Assembly (NCBI GenBank): GCA_045535175.1 | Contig: JAZSLC010000142.1 | Coordinates: 4,745-68,744, forward strand | DNA length: 64,000 nucleotides | Direction: 5' to 3' | Source of the DNA: Faecousia sp. | GTDB lineage: Bacteria > Bacillota > Clostridia > Oscillospirales > Oscillospiraceae | In this document: positions 31,101 to 39,812 of the stretch, in pieces | Position numbering within the stretch: the stretch's first letter is position 1 | Layout: each line of letters opens with the position of its first letter | The notes under the pieces: generated by a model | Seen by the model: only the letters and a program-made list of their open reading frames with translations | Databases searched by the model: none | Told to the model about the DNA's origin: nothing | Translations under genes and position numbers: made by a program

Positions 31101-31588
31101 GTGCATACATCATGGACAATGCCGATGTAGTCAGTGTTACTGTCAATTCCGATATTGCCGACCAGGTTGGTAATATGCTGGAGGCGCTGGATCTGATCAT
31201 CGTGACCATCGTGATTTGTGCGGGATCTTTGGCAGTGATTGTGCTATATAATCTGACCAACATCAACATTACAGAGCGCATCCGGGAAATCGCGACCATC
31301 AAAGTTCTCGGCTTCAACTCCAAAGAATCGGCGGCATACGTCTTTAAGGAGAATTTGCTGCTGTCGGTTGTGGGATCTCTGCTGGGTCTTGTGGGCGGAT
31401 ATTTCCTGTTGGAGTTCATTATGACCCAGATTAAAGTGGATATGGTTTGGCTTCCGGCCCGACTTTTGCCGATGAGCTATCTTTGGTCTGTGGTTCTTAC
31501 TTTGCTTGCAGCTATTTTTGTGGATTTTATATTGTATTTCCGTTTGGAAAAGATCAATATGGCTGAGGCATTGAAATCAGTTGAATAA
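28121..31588 (+). CDS. FtsX-like ABC permease with long coiled-coil insert
   Basis: TM clusters, TTMTRMVEEERTQIGTLKALGY, NINITERIREIATIKVLGF, heptad-rich middle. Confidence 0.9.
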   Translation: MKKNIMAKNLRQSIVKSLARYIAIVAIIALGAGIFVGLRTTKSDMIATGQRFMDEQNMFDLRLMNTYGWSLDDVERISQLEDVVHAEGVITFDVISQLGKSDAEHVFKLYSIPRQINRVYLLGGRMPQTPNECLYDGFHTSDSILGTKITVSDANSEDTLDSLKVRELTVVGYVGTPLYVDMSRGSTAIGNGSVSGYVYVPQEAFDVDYYTEIHITLPEKYKAYTSGYEDYIASFTDRFEADLMPIAMERYDSVLKEARKAYREGNKEYSHGLIELNDGKKKMEKELADALKQLEDGEKELEDSRTQLEEAKIEIEKGQQEIDQNRTMLTESKVTLANAKSSAFQQLSSAHSSLLANYKSVNDGIMQVDDGIRMIDEGLVQIDSGISQLESGLQQLQMMVSVTETMMGIAQSSVDRAYNALQAAKEFGGDDALLAELEATIVQLQNQLNGYQQDLDEMKSNQAEYTKQLEDLRVQRQQLLDQKNELLATRATLEDALSQIDAGFLEIQNNQAQAEREFAAAEAQIEAGEAELEKAQLELDKAKLEVENGTYKLQEGEAELAKGWEEYYKGKEEAELEIADAEKELAEAKLLLDDAKEAINRMDEPDVFVLDRNTNPGYLALESNSDIVQGVSAVFPAFFLLIAALVCITTMTRMVEEERTQIGTLKALGYGNGRIIFKYIAYAGSAAIIGCGLGVLAGSVVFPLVLWEAYSTIMLLGDYFVLQIDWGLCLMVVGMYTAVTLFVTWYCCRMTLREVPAQLIRPKAPTSGKKILLEYIPLWNKFSFLNKVMLRNIFRYRQRLLMMMIGIGGCTALLLAGFGVRDSIVDIVSFQFEEITLSDIVIRFPEGVDDTKKAEFMDDTAGYVEDVIFYHQSSKEMVYNGRVNDVNFVVAEDGVQKFMDFHINREKVPYPQTGEAIISIGVAEKLGITVGDTIAIRNIDMKELTLHVSGIFENYVYNYVIVSPETVEVQWKEPAEIQMAFLTVPDYQDVHENGAYIMDNADVVSVTVNSDIADQVGNMLEALDLIIVTIVICAGSLAVIVLYNLTNINITERIREIATIKVLGFNSKESAAYVFKENLLLSVVGSLLGLVGGYFLLEFIMTQIKVDMVWLPARLLPMSYLWSVVLTLLAAIFVDFILYFRLEKINMAEALKSVE

Positions 31589-31725
31589 AAGTTGCCGAAT
31601 TCCGGTCATATAGACGGAATTCGGTAATTTTTTGCGATTTTGAAAATATCCAGAATCTTCACTTGATTTTTTGGATAAAAGAAGATACAATAAGTTACAA
31701 ATTGTAATACTCTTGGAGGCAATAC

Positions 31726-33420
31726 GTGTTGAAACGGTTTTTGGTGCTGCTGATTGCAGTGATTCTTCTGCTGAGCTGCTTTACGGATCTGGCGGTGGAA
31801 GTTCTTGCAGCTCCGCAGACACACCCCAATACATATAAAAACACAGGCGATCAGATTACGGATTTGATTGGTGTTGCGCTGACCCAGGTGGGTTATCAGG
31901 AGGGTCCCGGTAACGACACCAAGTATGGCGAGTTTTTCAATCTCAATTATCATGCCTGGTGCGGATTGTTTGTCAGTTGGTGCGCAGTGCAGGCTGGTAT
32001 TCCGGATTCTGTAATGGTAAAGACGGGCATCGCCTCTCCTCAGGCGTTTGGCCTGACCCAGCATCCCTGGGGTTATAAGCCCAAAAGGGGGGACTTATAT
32101 TTTGCGCCCAATTACAGCCATGTAGGAATTGTGTATTATGTGGATGGCGACTATATTTATACCCTTGAGGGGAATACGTGGGAAACGGTTGGGTACGAAG
32201 GCGTTCATATTCGAAAAAAACGAATCAGTGAAGTAGTATTTGCGACGCCTAAGTATACTACCGGATGTAAACACAGTTACACAAAAGGCTATGATGCCGC
32301 ACATCCCCACAAAGAGTACCAAAAGTGTACATCCTGCGGGTACTCTTATTATACCGGGGCTACCACTACGCAGTCCAATTGCAATACCTGTATCCAGCTG
32401 AACTGTAAACATACATATGGCAAAAATGCCAGCCTCAACAATTCTGTACATAAACGTTCCTGTACGCTTTGCGGGAAAAGCATTACCGAGAATCATACGT
32501 TCGGTTCCTGGAATGTGATCAAAAACGCCAGCTGTAAAGAAAGCGGTAAACGGGAGAGAACTTGCCAGGGATGCGGCTTTGTACTAAACGAAATAATTCC
32601 AAGGAACAATGAACATCAATATGATGATTGGCAAATAGTGGATGACCAAAGTCACAGCAGAAGCTGTGCTGTGTGCGGCAAGAAAGAACAGAAAGCACAC
32701 GAAGAAGCGGAAGGCTGGGTTTCTGACGGCGAAAAGCATTGGCATGCCTGCGGGATTTGTGAAGGTGTTATGGAAGAATCGGAACATGAATATGGTACTG
32801 CCTGCGACAGTCCTTGCTCCGTATGTGATTATATCCGGGAATCGGGCCATCCTTTTGATTCCCAATGGAAGACTGATTCTGATAAGCATTGGAAAGCATG
32901 TAAAAACTGTGATGCCGTTGATTCTGTAGCGGATCACATATTTGATACTGATTGCGATGCGATTTGCAATACCTGTGGCTTTGCCCGTGAAAGGGATCAT
33001 ATTTATTCCGATCAATGGGTGACAGACGGAGTGCATCACTGGAAGCAGTGCAGTATTTGCGGCACTAAAAAAGATGTTTCTGCCCATAACCCTTCCCAAG
33101 TGAGCAGAAAGGGTGCGTTGCAGTACTGTACTGTATGTGATTTGTGCCTGACCTCAGACAGTGAGCATACACACGGTTTTGACGTATTCGAGTCGGATGA
33201 CCGCTACCATTACGGCTTTTGCTCTTGCGGATTGGAACTGGAACCTGAGGTTCATATCTGGACGATGAAGACCGGTTCTTGCCAGACCTGTGGGGCTGTT
33301 CAGCCTCAAATGAAATCGACTTCGAAAGATTATATTCCGATATATTTCGGAGTTGGAACGGCGGCGCTTTTTGCTGTGCTGATTGCTCTTTTGGTTTTCG
33401 GATTCAAAAAGAAAAAGTAA
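31726..33420 (+). CDS. CHAP-domain cell-wall hydrolase with Cys/His repeats and C-terminal membrane anchor
   Basis: Signal peptide, AWCGLFVSWC...SHVGIV...LEGNT catalytic motifs, repeated CxxC...H units, TM followed by KKKK. Confidence 0.82.
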   Translation: MLKRFLVLLIAVILLLSCFTDLAVEVLAAPQTHPNTYKNTGDQITDLIGVALTQVGYQEGPGNDTKYGEFFNLNYHAWCGLFVSWCAVQAGIPDSVMVKTGIASPQAFGLTQHPWGYKPKRGDLYFAPNYSHVGIVYYVDGDYIYTLEGNTWETVGYEGVHIRKKRISEVVFATPKYTTGCKHSYTKGYDAAHPHKEYQKCTSCGYSYYTGATTTQSNCNTCIQLNCKHTYGKNASLNNSVHKRSCTLCGKSITENHTFGSWNVIKNASCKESGKRERTCQGCGFVLNEIIPRNNEHQYDDWQIVDDQSHSRSCAVCGKKEQKAHEEAEGWVSDGEKHWHACGICEGVMEESEHEYGTACDSPCSVCDYIRESGHPFDSQWKTDSDKHWKACKNCDAVDSVADHIFDTDCDAICNTCGFARERDHIYSDQWVTDGVHHWKQCSICGTKKDVSAHNPSQVSRKGALQYCTVCDLCLTSDSEHTHGFDVFESDDRYHYGFCSCGLELEPEVHIWTMKTGSCQTCGAVQPQMKSTSKDYIPIYFGVGTAALFAVLIALLVFGFKKKK

Positions 33421-33452
33421 TGCGGAACGCACCTTAAACGGCGTTCCGCATT
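33419..33452. terminator. Bidirectional terminator
   Basis: AATGCGGAACGC/GCGTTCCGCATT. Confidence 0.75.
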
Positions 33453-33463
33453 GCTGTTATAGA

Positions 33464-34021
33464 TCAAACAATGGAATTAGCATTTTCAAGCAGTAACTCC
33501 ATAATGGCACAGCTGACTTTTACAGTATACTCTGCATCTGTATCGGGGTTTTGAGGCATCAGTATATAATCCCTGTGATGGTTCAAAATTGTGTCGATGG
33601 GGCTGTCATCGTAAACAAGGGCAGGGGGTAAAGGATCACACAAATATTCCGGAAACAGTTTTTGCAGGTTTATCTCATAGGCTCTGTGTTCTGCCAGTGT
33701 TCCGAGAAAAAGTGCATTATGACAATAGGTAAAAGAATCGGCAATATAGTGGATCAGTTTTCCGAGAGAGTAATAATCATAAATGCCGGATAGCTTTTTG
33801 CGATCTAAGCGACTGCAAAGGGTGGTCATAAATTTCTGTGCGTTTTCAAAATTATGACCCCGAAGCCAGGTGTATTTGATGGACCCTTTCAGATAAGTGG
33901 TTGGGTTCCTGTCAGGCCATTGACAACCCAGCAAAAAGGCGCTGCGCTCCATGGGGGATACCTGGGACAAATAACGTTTGATCAGATAATTGCCCAGAGC
34001 GGTATGTCCCTCCAGTTTCAT
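33464..34021 (-). CDS. Zinc-dependent phospholipase C family protein
   Basis: N-terminal H, FLLG..PD, LG..HYIADSFTYCHN, H..YE; AAGGAGG RBS. Confidence 0.8.
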   Translation of the reverse strand: MKLEGHTALGNYLIKRYLSQVSPMERSAFLLGCQWPDRNPTTYLKGSIKYTWLRGHNFENAQKFMTTLCSRLDRKKLSGIYDYYSLGKLIHYIADSFTYCHNALFLGTLAEHRAYEINLQKLFPEYLCDPLPPALVYDDSPIDTILNHHRDYILMPQNPDTDAEYTVKVSCAIMELLLENANSIV

Positions 34022-34118
34022 GTGATCACCTCCTTCTGTCCAATAATAACACATTATTGCACGAATTGAAAGCGGAAAATACTCCCGCACCTTTTGGGGT
34101 GCGGGAGTAAGTGCAGCA

Positions 34119-37100
34119 TTATTTGATTGTGAAGCTCTGGGTATGCACGTGCTGGCCGTTGAAGTACAGGTCCATAGTGTAAGAACCGGCTTCTGTGGGG
34201 AGGGAAGGAACAGTTAACTCGCCGTAACTTTGATACCACATGGAGGTCCAGCTCTGGGAGGTTTGAGACACATTGACGATTTCGCCGGCATCATTTCGGG
34301 TCACATAGAGTGTTGTAATGATGTTTGGAGAAGTGGCGTATCTTTCGCTGAGATGCATCACATAACCGGCTGTTTCATTGGGACCGAAGGTGTCTTTATA
34401 GGTGCTGACGTTTCTCCAGGTCCAGTCCTGAACATTGGGAGCAACACACATCCGGAAAGATATATCTTTCTTGCTGACGAGATACCCGGTAAAATCGGTA
34501 GATTCCGGAATGGTAGCAGAGGAGGTTCCGGAGAAGACTGTTGTGCCGTCTTCCAGGGCAATGGTCACATTATAAGTTACGCCCGGGACAACGGGGGAAA
34601 TCTTCACCGATGTGGCGTCACTTCTGAGGATTTCCTGATGTTCTGAATCGTTGTAGGAGTAGAGAACAACCCATTGACCGGAGGGAGCAGTTCCGGTGTA
34701 GTTCCAGGTGATTTCCAAGGCGGTGCTGCTGACATTGGTAGCGATGTTGGAAACAGTAACGGAGTGCTCACTCACGTAGCAGCGATTGCTGACACTCATG
34801 CCATAGGCGCTTACTTCCACAGTATAGCCGGAGTCAGGATCAACGCCGGTAAAGAGTGCAGAAGTTTCGGAAGTGGTCAGTGTTTCGCTATATCCGGAGT
34901 TGTTATAACAAACAACGGTCCAGGAGGCCACATTGGATCCGGCAGGAGCCTTCCACTGAACGTGAAGTCCCTGATCGTTACACTGGTCGATCACAAGGTC
35001 CTCTGCGTAAATCAGATCTGAGGCGACGTGCTCAACGGAATTGTTACCGTAAACGAACAAGTCATCAGTGGATTCCAAGGTAAAGGTGTAAGTTTTTCCA
35101 ATGGTCAAACCTTCGATGGAGATCATATGACCGGTGAAGGTTGTACTCTTGCTGGCTTCGCCTTCTGCGGAATACTTTACCGTCCACTCGTCGGAATCCT
35201 GACCCTTAATGGTAAAGCTGAGAATTGCCGATCCAGGATTCACGCCGGTGATGGCGGAGAAGGTGGCAATTTCAGTCCTGGGGGAGGTGGTATATGTGTT
35301 GGAAGTGTTTCCTGCAAGGGCGTGGAAGCCTTCGATTTCCAAAGTGACGGTGTAGAGGGTGTCGGCGTTCAGTCCGCCGAAGGATGCGATTCCGTTTACA
35401 ACGGAAGAGGTCTGTCTGTTGCCGTAGGTGTCGGTGCAGACAACGGTCAGAAGCTCATCGTCAGCATTGGAGGAAATAATCACGTCCAGACGATCCTCGA
35501 ATCCGTCGAGCACCAGGTTGTGTACTGTTTTCAGGTAATAGTCCCGGTAGAAAATCATTCCGCCCACGATCAGGCAAACAATAATGAGACCGGCCAGAAC
35601 AAAGGCAAGCACCTTGGAGAGTATGCCTCTACCGGCAGCGGGTTCTTCCTCCACAGGGTCTTCTTCTGCATCTTCCTCGGTATTGTCTCCTGGGGAATCC
35701 AGAACAGGAGCGGGAATCACCTTTGTTTCGCTTCCTTCCAGTACATCTGCATCGCCGGCTTCCTCTGCTTCCGAAGCGCCGGGTTCTGATTCCGTATTAT
35801 CTGTTTCCTCAGGATTAATGACGACGGCAATGGTTTCGTTACCGGTATATTCCGGTTCGCCTGCGTTTTCTGCTTCTGTATCGGTATGCCCGGTCTCAAC
35901 AGGAACGCCGGCTTCTTCGTTTTCTGGTCCGGAGAGCCCTTCCGCATCAGCGTCGTTTACAGGACCGGGAATTTCGGAAGCTTCGTGTGCAACAACCGGT
36001 GGGGGAACCTCCATAGCAATCAGATCATCAGCCATGGACAGGATGCTGGAGGTCTCGTCAGACAGTTCGCCATAACCTACTCCAACAACAGTATCTTCAC
36101 CGGGAGCGGTTTCATCGTTAACCAGAATATCCAGGAAGGAAAGGTTTGCAGGATCATCTTCGTCTTCTTCAGGACCATCGCTTCCGTTGGAAACACCTTC
36201 GTTTTCGGTGCCGGTGTTGACGGGTTGTACCTGATCGTAGTCGATCATCTCTTCAATCATCAACTGGCCGGCTTCATCCACCTGCTCGAAAAGTACCTGG
36301 GGATCATCGGAATCATCCTCTTCCTCAAAAGGCACCACTTCTTCGGAATCCACCGGGACCACAGGAGGAACGATCAGATCGTCATTGACCACATTGCGCT
36401 GCATATAGCTCTTAAGTGCCTGACCCATCTGTACGGGATCCTGCCAGCGGTTTGCAGGAAGGGGATCGCAAGCCTTCATGATGATCTCAGCCAGTTCGTA
36501 ATCCGCATATTCGGGGGGTGTGCTCAGATCGGTGGGGAGTACACCACCGTTGTATACCTGATACAGAATCAAACCGATGGAGTAGATATCAATGGTTGTA
36601 TTCAGGTCTGAAAGGGCATCGGTGATTTCGGGAGCGGTGTATTCGCTGAGATACCGCTCCGGGATGGAGGCGTATTTCAGATGCTTGAGATCCATAAAGC
36701 CCAGATCACCGATGCGGAAGGTCTTGTCATCTAGCATATAGATGTTGGAGGGCTTCAGGTCCACATATAGGTATCCGCTTTGACGACACAGAGCCATGCA
36801 GGCACACAAGTCAAGGCCGAGATTGATGGCAGCCAGGTGCGTCATAGTGTTTTTCTTCAGATGACGCTGAAGCGATCTGCGATAAGATCCCAGCAGATAA
36901 ACATCCAATCCAACTTCGCCGGTTTTACTGACGATTTGGCAGGCCTCGTAGGGGAGGAAACCTTCCAGAGAGGCCAGTTTGTCCAGCGTGGAAACCTCCT
37001 GCGTGAGCTCTTTGGCCAAAGCAGAGAAATACTCAAAAGCTTCCGCTTCGCTTTTATATGCACCTGTTGTAAGCAGCGCCTGCAGGCGAATTTGCGATGC

Positions 37101-37250
37101 AGGGATGGATACGATTTTTAGAATGTATTTCTCCTGGGTATCTTTATTAATGGCAGGATAACAGCAGACACCGTCGTGTTCGCTGATCAGATCACCAACG
37201 GCAAAATGATCCAGCAAAGGAGAAATCATTTTGGGTTCAGACAAAGTCAT
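34119..37250 (-). CDS. Membrane Ser/Thr protein kinase-like protein with acidic linker and extracellular FN3-like repeats
   Basis: YVDLKPSNI, IGDLG, YTAPE and DIYSIG kinase motifs; TM; beta-rich C-terminal repeats; start may be the TTG at 37244. Confidence 0.8.
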   Translation of the reverse strand: MTLSEPKMISPLLDHFAVGDLISEHDGVCCYPAINKDTQEKYILKIVSIPASQIRLQALLTTGAYKSEAEAFEYFSALAKELTQEVSTLDKLASLEGFLPYEACQIVSKTGEVGLDVYLLGSYRRSLQRHLKKNTMTHLAAINLGLDLCACMALCRQSGYLYVDLKPSNIYMLDDKTFRIGDLGFMDLKHLKYASIPERYLSEYTAPEITDALSDLNTTIDIYSIGLILYQVYNGGVLPTDLSTPPEYADYELAEIIMKACDPLPANRWQDPVQMGQALKSYMQRNVVNDDLIVPPVVPVDSEEVVPFEEEDDSDDPQVLFEQVDEAGQLMIEEMIDYDQVQPVNTGTENEGVSNGSDGPEEDEDDPANLSFLDILVNDETAPGEDTVVGVGYGELSDETSSILSMADDLIAMEVPPPVVAHEASEIPGPVNDADAEGLSGPENEEAGVPVETGHTDTEAENAGEPEYTGNETIAVVINPEETDNTESEPGASEAEEAGDADVLEGSETKVIPAPVLDSPGDNTEEDAEEDPVEEEPAAGRGILSKVLAFVLAGLIIVCLIVGGMIFYRDYYLKTVHNLVLDGFEDRLDVIISSNADDELLTVVCTDTYGNRQTSSVVNGIASFGGLNADTLYTVTLEIEGFHALAGNTSNTYTTSPRTEIATFSAITGVNPGSAILSFTIKGQDSDEWTVKYSAEGEASKSTTFTGHMISIEGLTIGKTYTFTLESTDDLFVYGNNSVEHVASDLIYAEDLVIDQCNDQGLHVQWKAPAGSNVASWTVVCYNNSGYSETLTTSETSALFTGVDPDSGYTVEVSAYGMSVSNRCYVSEHSVTVSNIATNVSSTALEITWNYTGTAPSGQWVVLYSYNDSEHQEILRSDATSVKISPVVPGVTYNVTIALEDGTTVFSGTSSATIPESTDFTGYLVSKKDISFRMCVAPNVQDWTWRNVSTYKDTFGPNETAGYVMHLSERYATSPNIITTLYVTRNDAGEIVNVSQTSQSWTSMWYQSYGELTVPSLPTEAGSYTMDLYFNGQHVHTQSFTIK

Positions 37251-37469
37251 CGCCTCCTTATTTGCTATCACACATAATAATAAGCGAAAAGTATAAAAAA
37301 AGCAATATCTTTCGGAAGAAAGTTTTTATGTGAACCGTTAGATTGTGTTTTTTGCCGTTCGGCTTGGTTCGGCAGAAAGTTGAATCTGTGAAAATTATAA
37401 TTAACAGTTGTATTTAACCGAAAACAATGATATAATGAGCAGGACGTTGTGTGATGACAGGAGGTCAAC

Positions 37470-38441
37470 ATGGAAAAGATTATTTGTGATGTTTGTGGTA
37501 CATCTTTTTCCGATACCGCAGACCAGTGCCCCATTTGTGGCTGTGCAAGACCGGAGAGCAGTAAGTCTCTTTCGGAAGGTGGAGAAGCCGTTGCGACTCC
37601 CCGCTATACAGCAGTAAAGGGAGGTCGTTTTTCAACAAAAAATGTGAGAAAGAGAATTCGCGATAACGGAGGTGAAACTCCCAGGCAGGAGGAAGAACCC
37701 GTTGAAACCGAAAAGGACGGGACTTCCATTGGGCTTACCATTGCAGTGATTGCGCTTTTGGTATGTATTTGTTCCGTAATTGTGTTTATTTATTTCCGAT
37801 TCTTCAAAGACGGTGAGCCCATTACGCCACCTGAAACGCAAGATACTACCCCCATCGTGCAGACAACTCCTCCTGCCGGGTCGGAAGCTCTGGATATTCC
37901 TTGCACTGCCATTCAGCTGGAGAGCAGCCGCACTGTTCTTTCTGAAGAGGGTGCTTCCTGGCTTCTGCATGTGAAGGTACTGCCCGAGAACACCAGCGAT
38001 CAGTTGGAGTTTGAGTCCAAGAATCCTATGGTTGCAACGGTTACTGCAGACGGCAAGATTACCGCTGTTTCCAAGGGCAGAACGGCAATCGTTATCATTT
38101 GCGGCGATATTACCGCAGAGTTTGAAGTAGTTTGTGATATTCCCGATCCCACTACCGTTGCTCCTACCGAAGAAACCACAGTGCCTCCCACTACTACCGC
38201 TCCCAAGCATGAAAATGTGAGAATCTCTGCCACTGATGTAACTCTGAAGAACGGGGAAGCTTTTGTCCTGCGTCTGAGAGATGGCTCGGGCGAAACCATG
38301 GATGTGGTTTGGGAAGCATCCAAAACAGGTTATGTATCTATTGACGGAAACACGATTAAAGCGCTGAGGTCTTCCGGCTCGGTAACCGTTAGCTGTACCT
38401 TCGAAGGAACAACGTATAGCTGTATTATTCGTTTGAAATGA
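37470..38441 (+). CDS. Zinc-ribbon / TM / Ig-like (Big_2) membrane protein
   Basis: CDVCG...CPICG, single TM, VATVTADGKITAVSKG Big_2 motif, PT-rich linker. Confidence 0.78.
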   Translation: MEKIICDVCGTSFSDTADQCPICGCARPESSKSLSEGGEAVATPRYTAVKGGRFSTKNVRKRIRDNGGETPRQEEEPVETEKDGTSIGLTIAVIALLVCICSVIVFIYFRFFKDGEPITPPETQDTTPIVQTTPPAGSEALDIPCTAIQLESSRTVLSEEGASWLLHVKVLPENTSDQLEFESKNPMVATVTADGKITAVSKGRTAIVIICGDITAEFEVVCDIPDPTTVAPTEETTVPPTTTAPKHENVRISATDVTLKNGEAFVLRLRDGSGETMDVVWEASKTGYVSIDGNTIKALRSSGSVTVSCTFEGTTYSCIIRLK

Positions 38442-38482
38442 TCATAAATAATGGCAGTACCGTTTTTGGTACTGCCGTTATT

Positions 38483-38689
38483 TTATTCACCATCAAAGAC
38501 CCTTTTTCTGCGGAATAAAAGGGTGATCAGCCATAGACCGGCCAGACCCACAATGGTGTAAACAATGCGGCTTACAACGGAGCCCTGTCCGCCGAAGAGC
38601 CAGGCCACCAGGTCGAATTTGCACAAACCAACCAGCCCCCAGTTCACACAGCCCACGATGGAAAGAATTAAAGCAATGGTATCAAGCAT
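38483..38689 (-). CDS. DUF378 (YuzA-like) small membrane protein
   Basis: IVGCVNWGLVG..FDLVA..FGG...SRIVY.IVGLAGL. Confidence 0.9.
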   Translation of the reverse strand: MLDTIALILSIVGCVNWGLVGLCKFDLVAWLFGGQGSVVSRIVYTIVGLAGLWLITLLFRRKRVFDGE

Positions 38690-38723
38690 ATGAAAACCTC
38701 CAAGAATAATCTCTTTGCAAGGG

Positions 38724-38752
38724 TATGATGCCCCGATGACGGGGAAATATTC
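38724..38752 (-). promoter_or_regulatory. Forespore sigma-G/F-like promoter of the DUF378 gene
   Basis: GAATA-N17-CATCATA on the minus strand. Confidence 0.6.
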
Positions 38753-38820
38753 GAATTGATGCTTGAAATATGATACAAAATCCTGTAAAGTATTACTATC
38801 ATTCTTGGAGGACGAATACT

Positions 38821-39678
38821 ATGACTACATTATATGAAGGCGCATTTGCAAAAATCAATCTGACTTTGGATGTGCTTGGCAAGCGGGAAGACGGATACCA
38901 TGATATCAAAAGCATCATGCAGACCATCTCCATCCGTGATGATATAGAGATTGACATTGGCACCGGGAAGCCCTGGAGCCTTCTTTGTACCGACGAAACC
39001 ATCCCCACTGACGAAACCAATCTTGCCTGGAAAGCAGCCAAGGTTTTTTCTGAAGCATTGAAAATTGATTTTGATGGCATTGAAATTCGTATTGTTAAGC
39101 GCATTCCCACCCAGGCCGGCCTTGGGGGAGGGAGTGCCGATGCTGCTGCGGTATTGCGGGCCCTGAACCGTCATTATGAGTATCCGCTTTCTGTCATGGC
39201 CCTTGCTGAGCTGGGGGCCCGGATAGGCAGTGACGTTCCCTTCTGCGTGATTTGCGGAACCGCCATGTGCGAAGGCAGGGGAGAGCGGCTTCGCAAGCTT
39301 GCCGATTTGCCCGATTGCTTCTTTGTTGTATGCAAGCCGGACTTCTCCTGCTCTACTCCTGAACTCTATAAGAAGCTGGACGAAAAGGCTATTGGCAAAC
39401 ATCCGGATCATCAGGCAATGGAAAGCGCCCTTATTGAAGGAGATTTGTTGAAAGTTGCCCAGAATATTCACAACGTGTTTGACCCGTTGGTTACGGAAGA
39501 ACACTTGGAACTGAACTATATTAAATCCATTTTCAGCACTTACGGTGCCGTTGCACACCAGATGACCGGTTCCGGTTCTGCTGTCTTCGCCATTGTTTCG
39601 GAGTTCGAAATTGCTGCAGTGATCTGCAGTATGCTGAAAGACGAGTACCCCAAGATTTATATCGCCAAGGCAGTTTAA
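38821..39678 (+). CDS. ispE: 4-diphosphocytidyl-2-C-methyl-D-erythritol kinase
   Basis: AKINLTLDV..KREDGYH, IPTQAGLGGGSADAA, GSDVPF, MTGSGSAVF. Confidence 0.96.
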   Translation: MTTLYEGAFAKINLTLDVLGKREDGYHDIKSIMQTISIRDDIEIDIGTGKPWSLLCTDETIPTDETNLAWKAAKVFSEALKIDFDGIEIRIVKRIPTQAGLGGGSADAAAVLRALNRHYEYPLSVMALAELGARIGSDVPFCVICGTAMCEGRGERLRKLADLPDCFFVVCKPDFSCSTPELYKKLDEKAIGKHPDHQAMESALIEGDLLKVAQNIHNVFDPLVTEEHLELNYIKSIFSTYGAVAHQMTGSGSAVFAIVSEFEIAAVICSMLKDEYPKIYIAKAV

Positions 39679-39812
39679 GATTTTTTCGTCCATGCCGGAT
39701 CCTTTCGGCATGGACAATTTTTCGTGCAGGATTACACGTTATTTTTACGGTGTGTTCTTTGATTCATTGCAATGATGTGTTATAATGGTTAAAACAGAAA
39801 GGCGGTGACGAA

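Noticed and set aside
32270-33300. Multiheme cytochrome c
   Set aside because: Motifs are CxxCG/CxxCD/CxxCE, not CxxCH.
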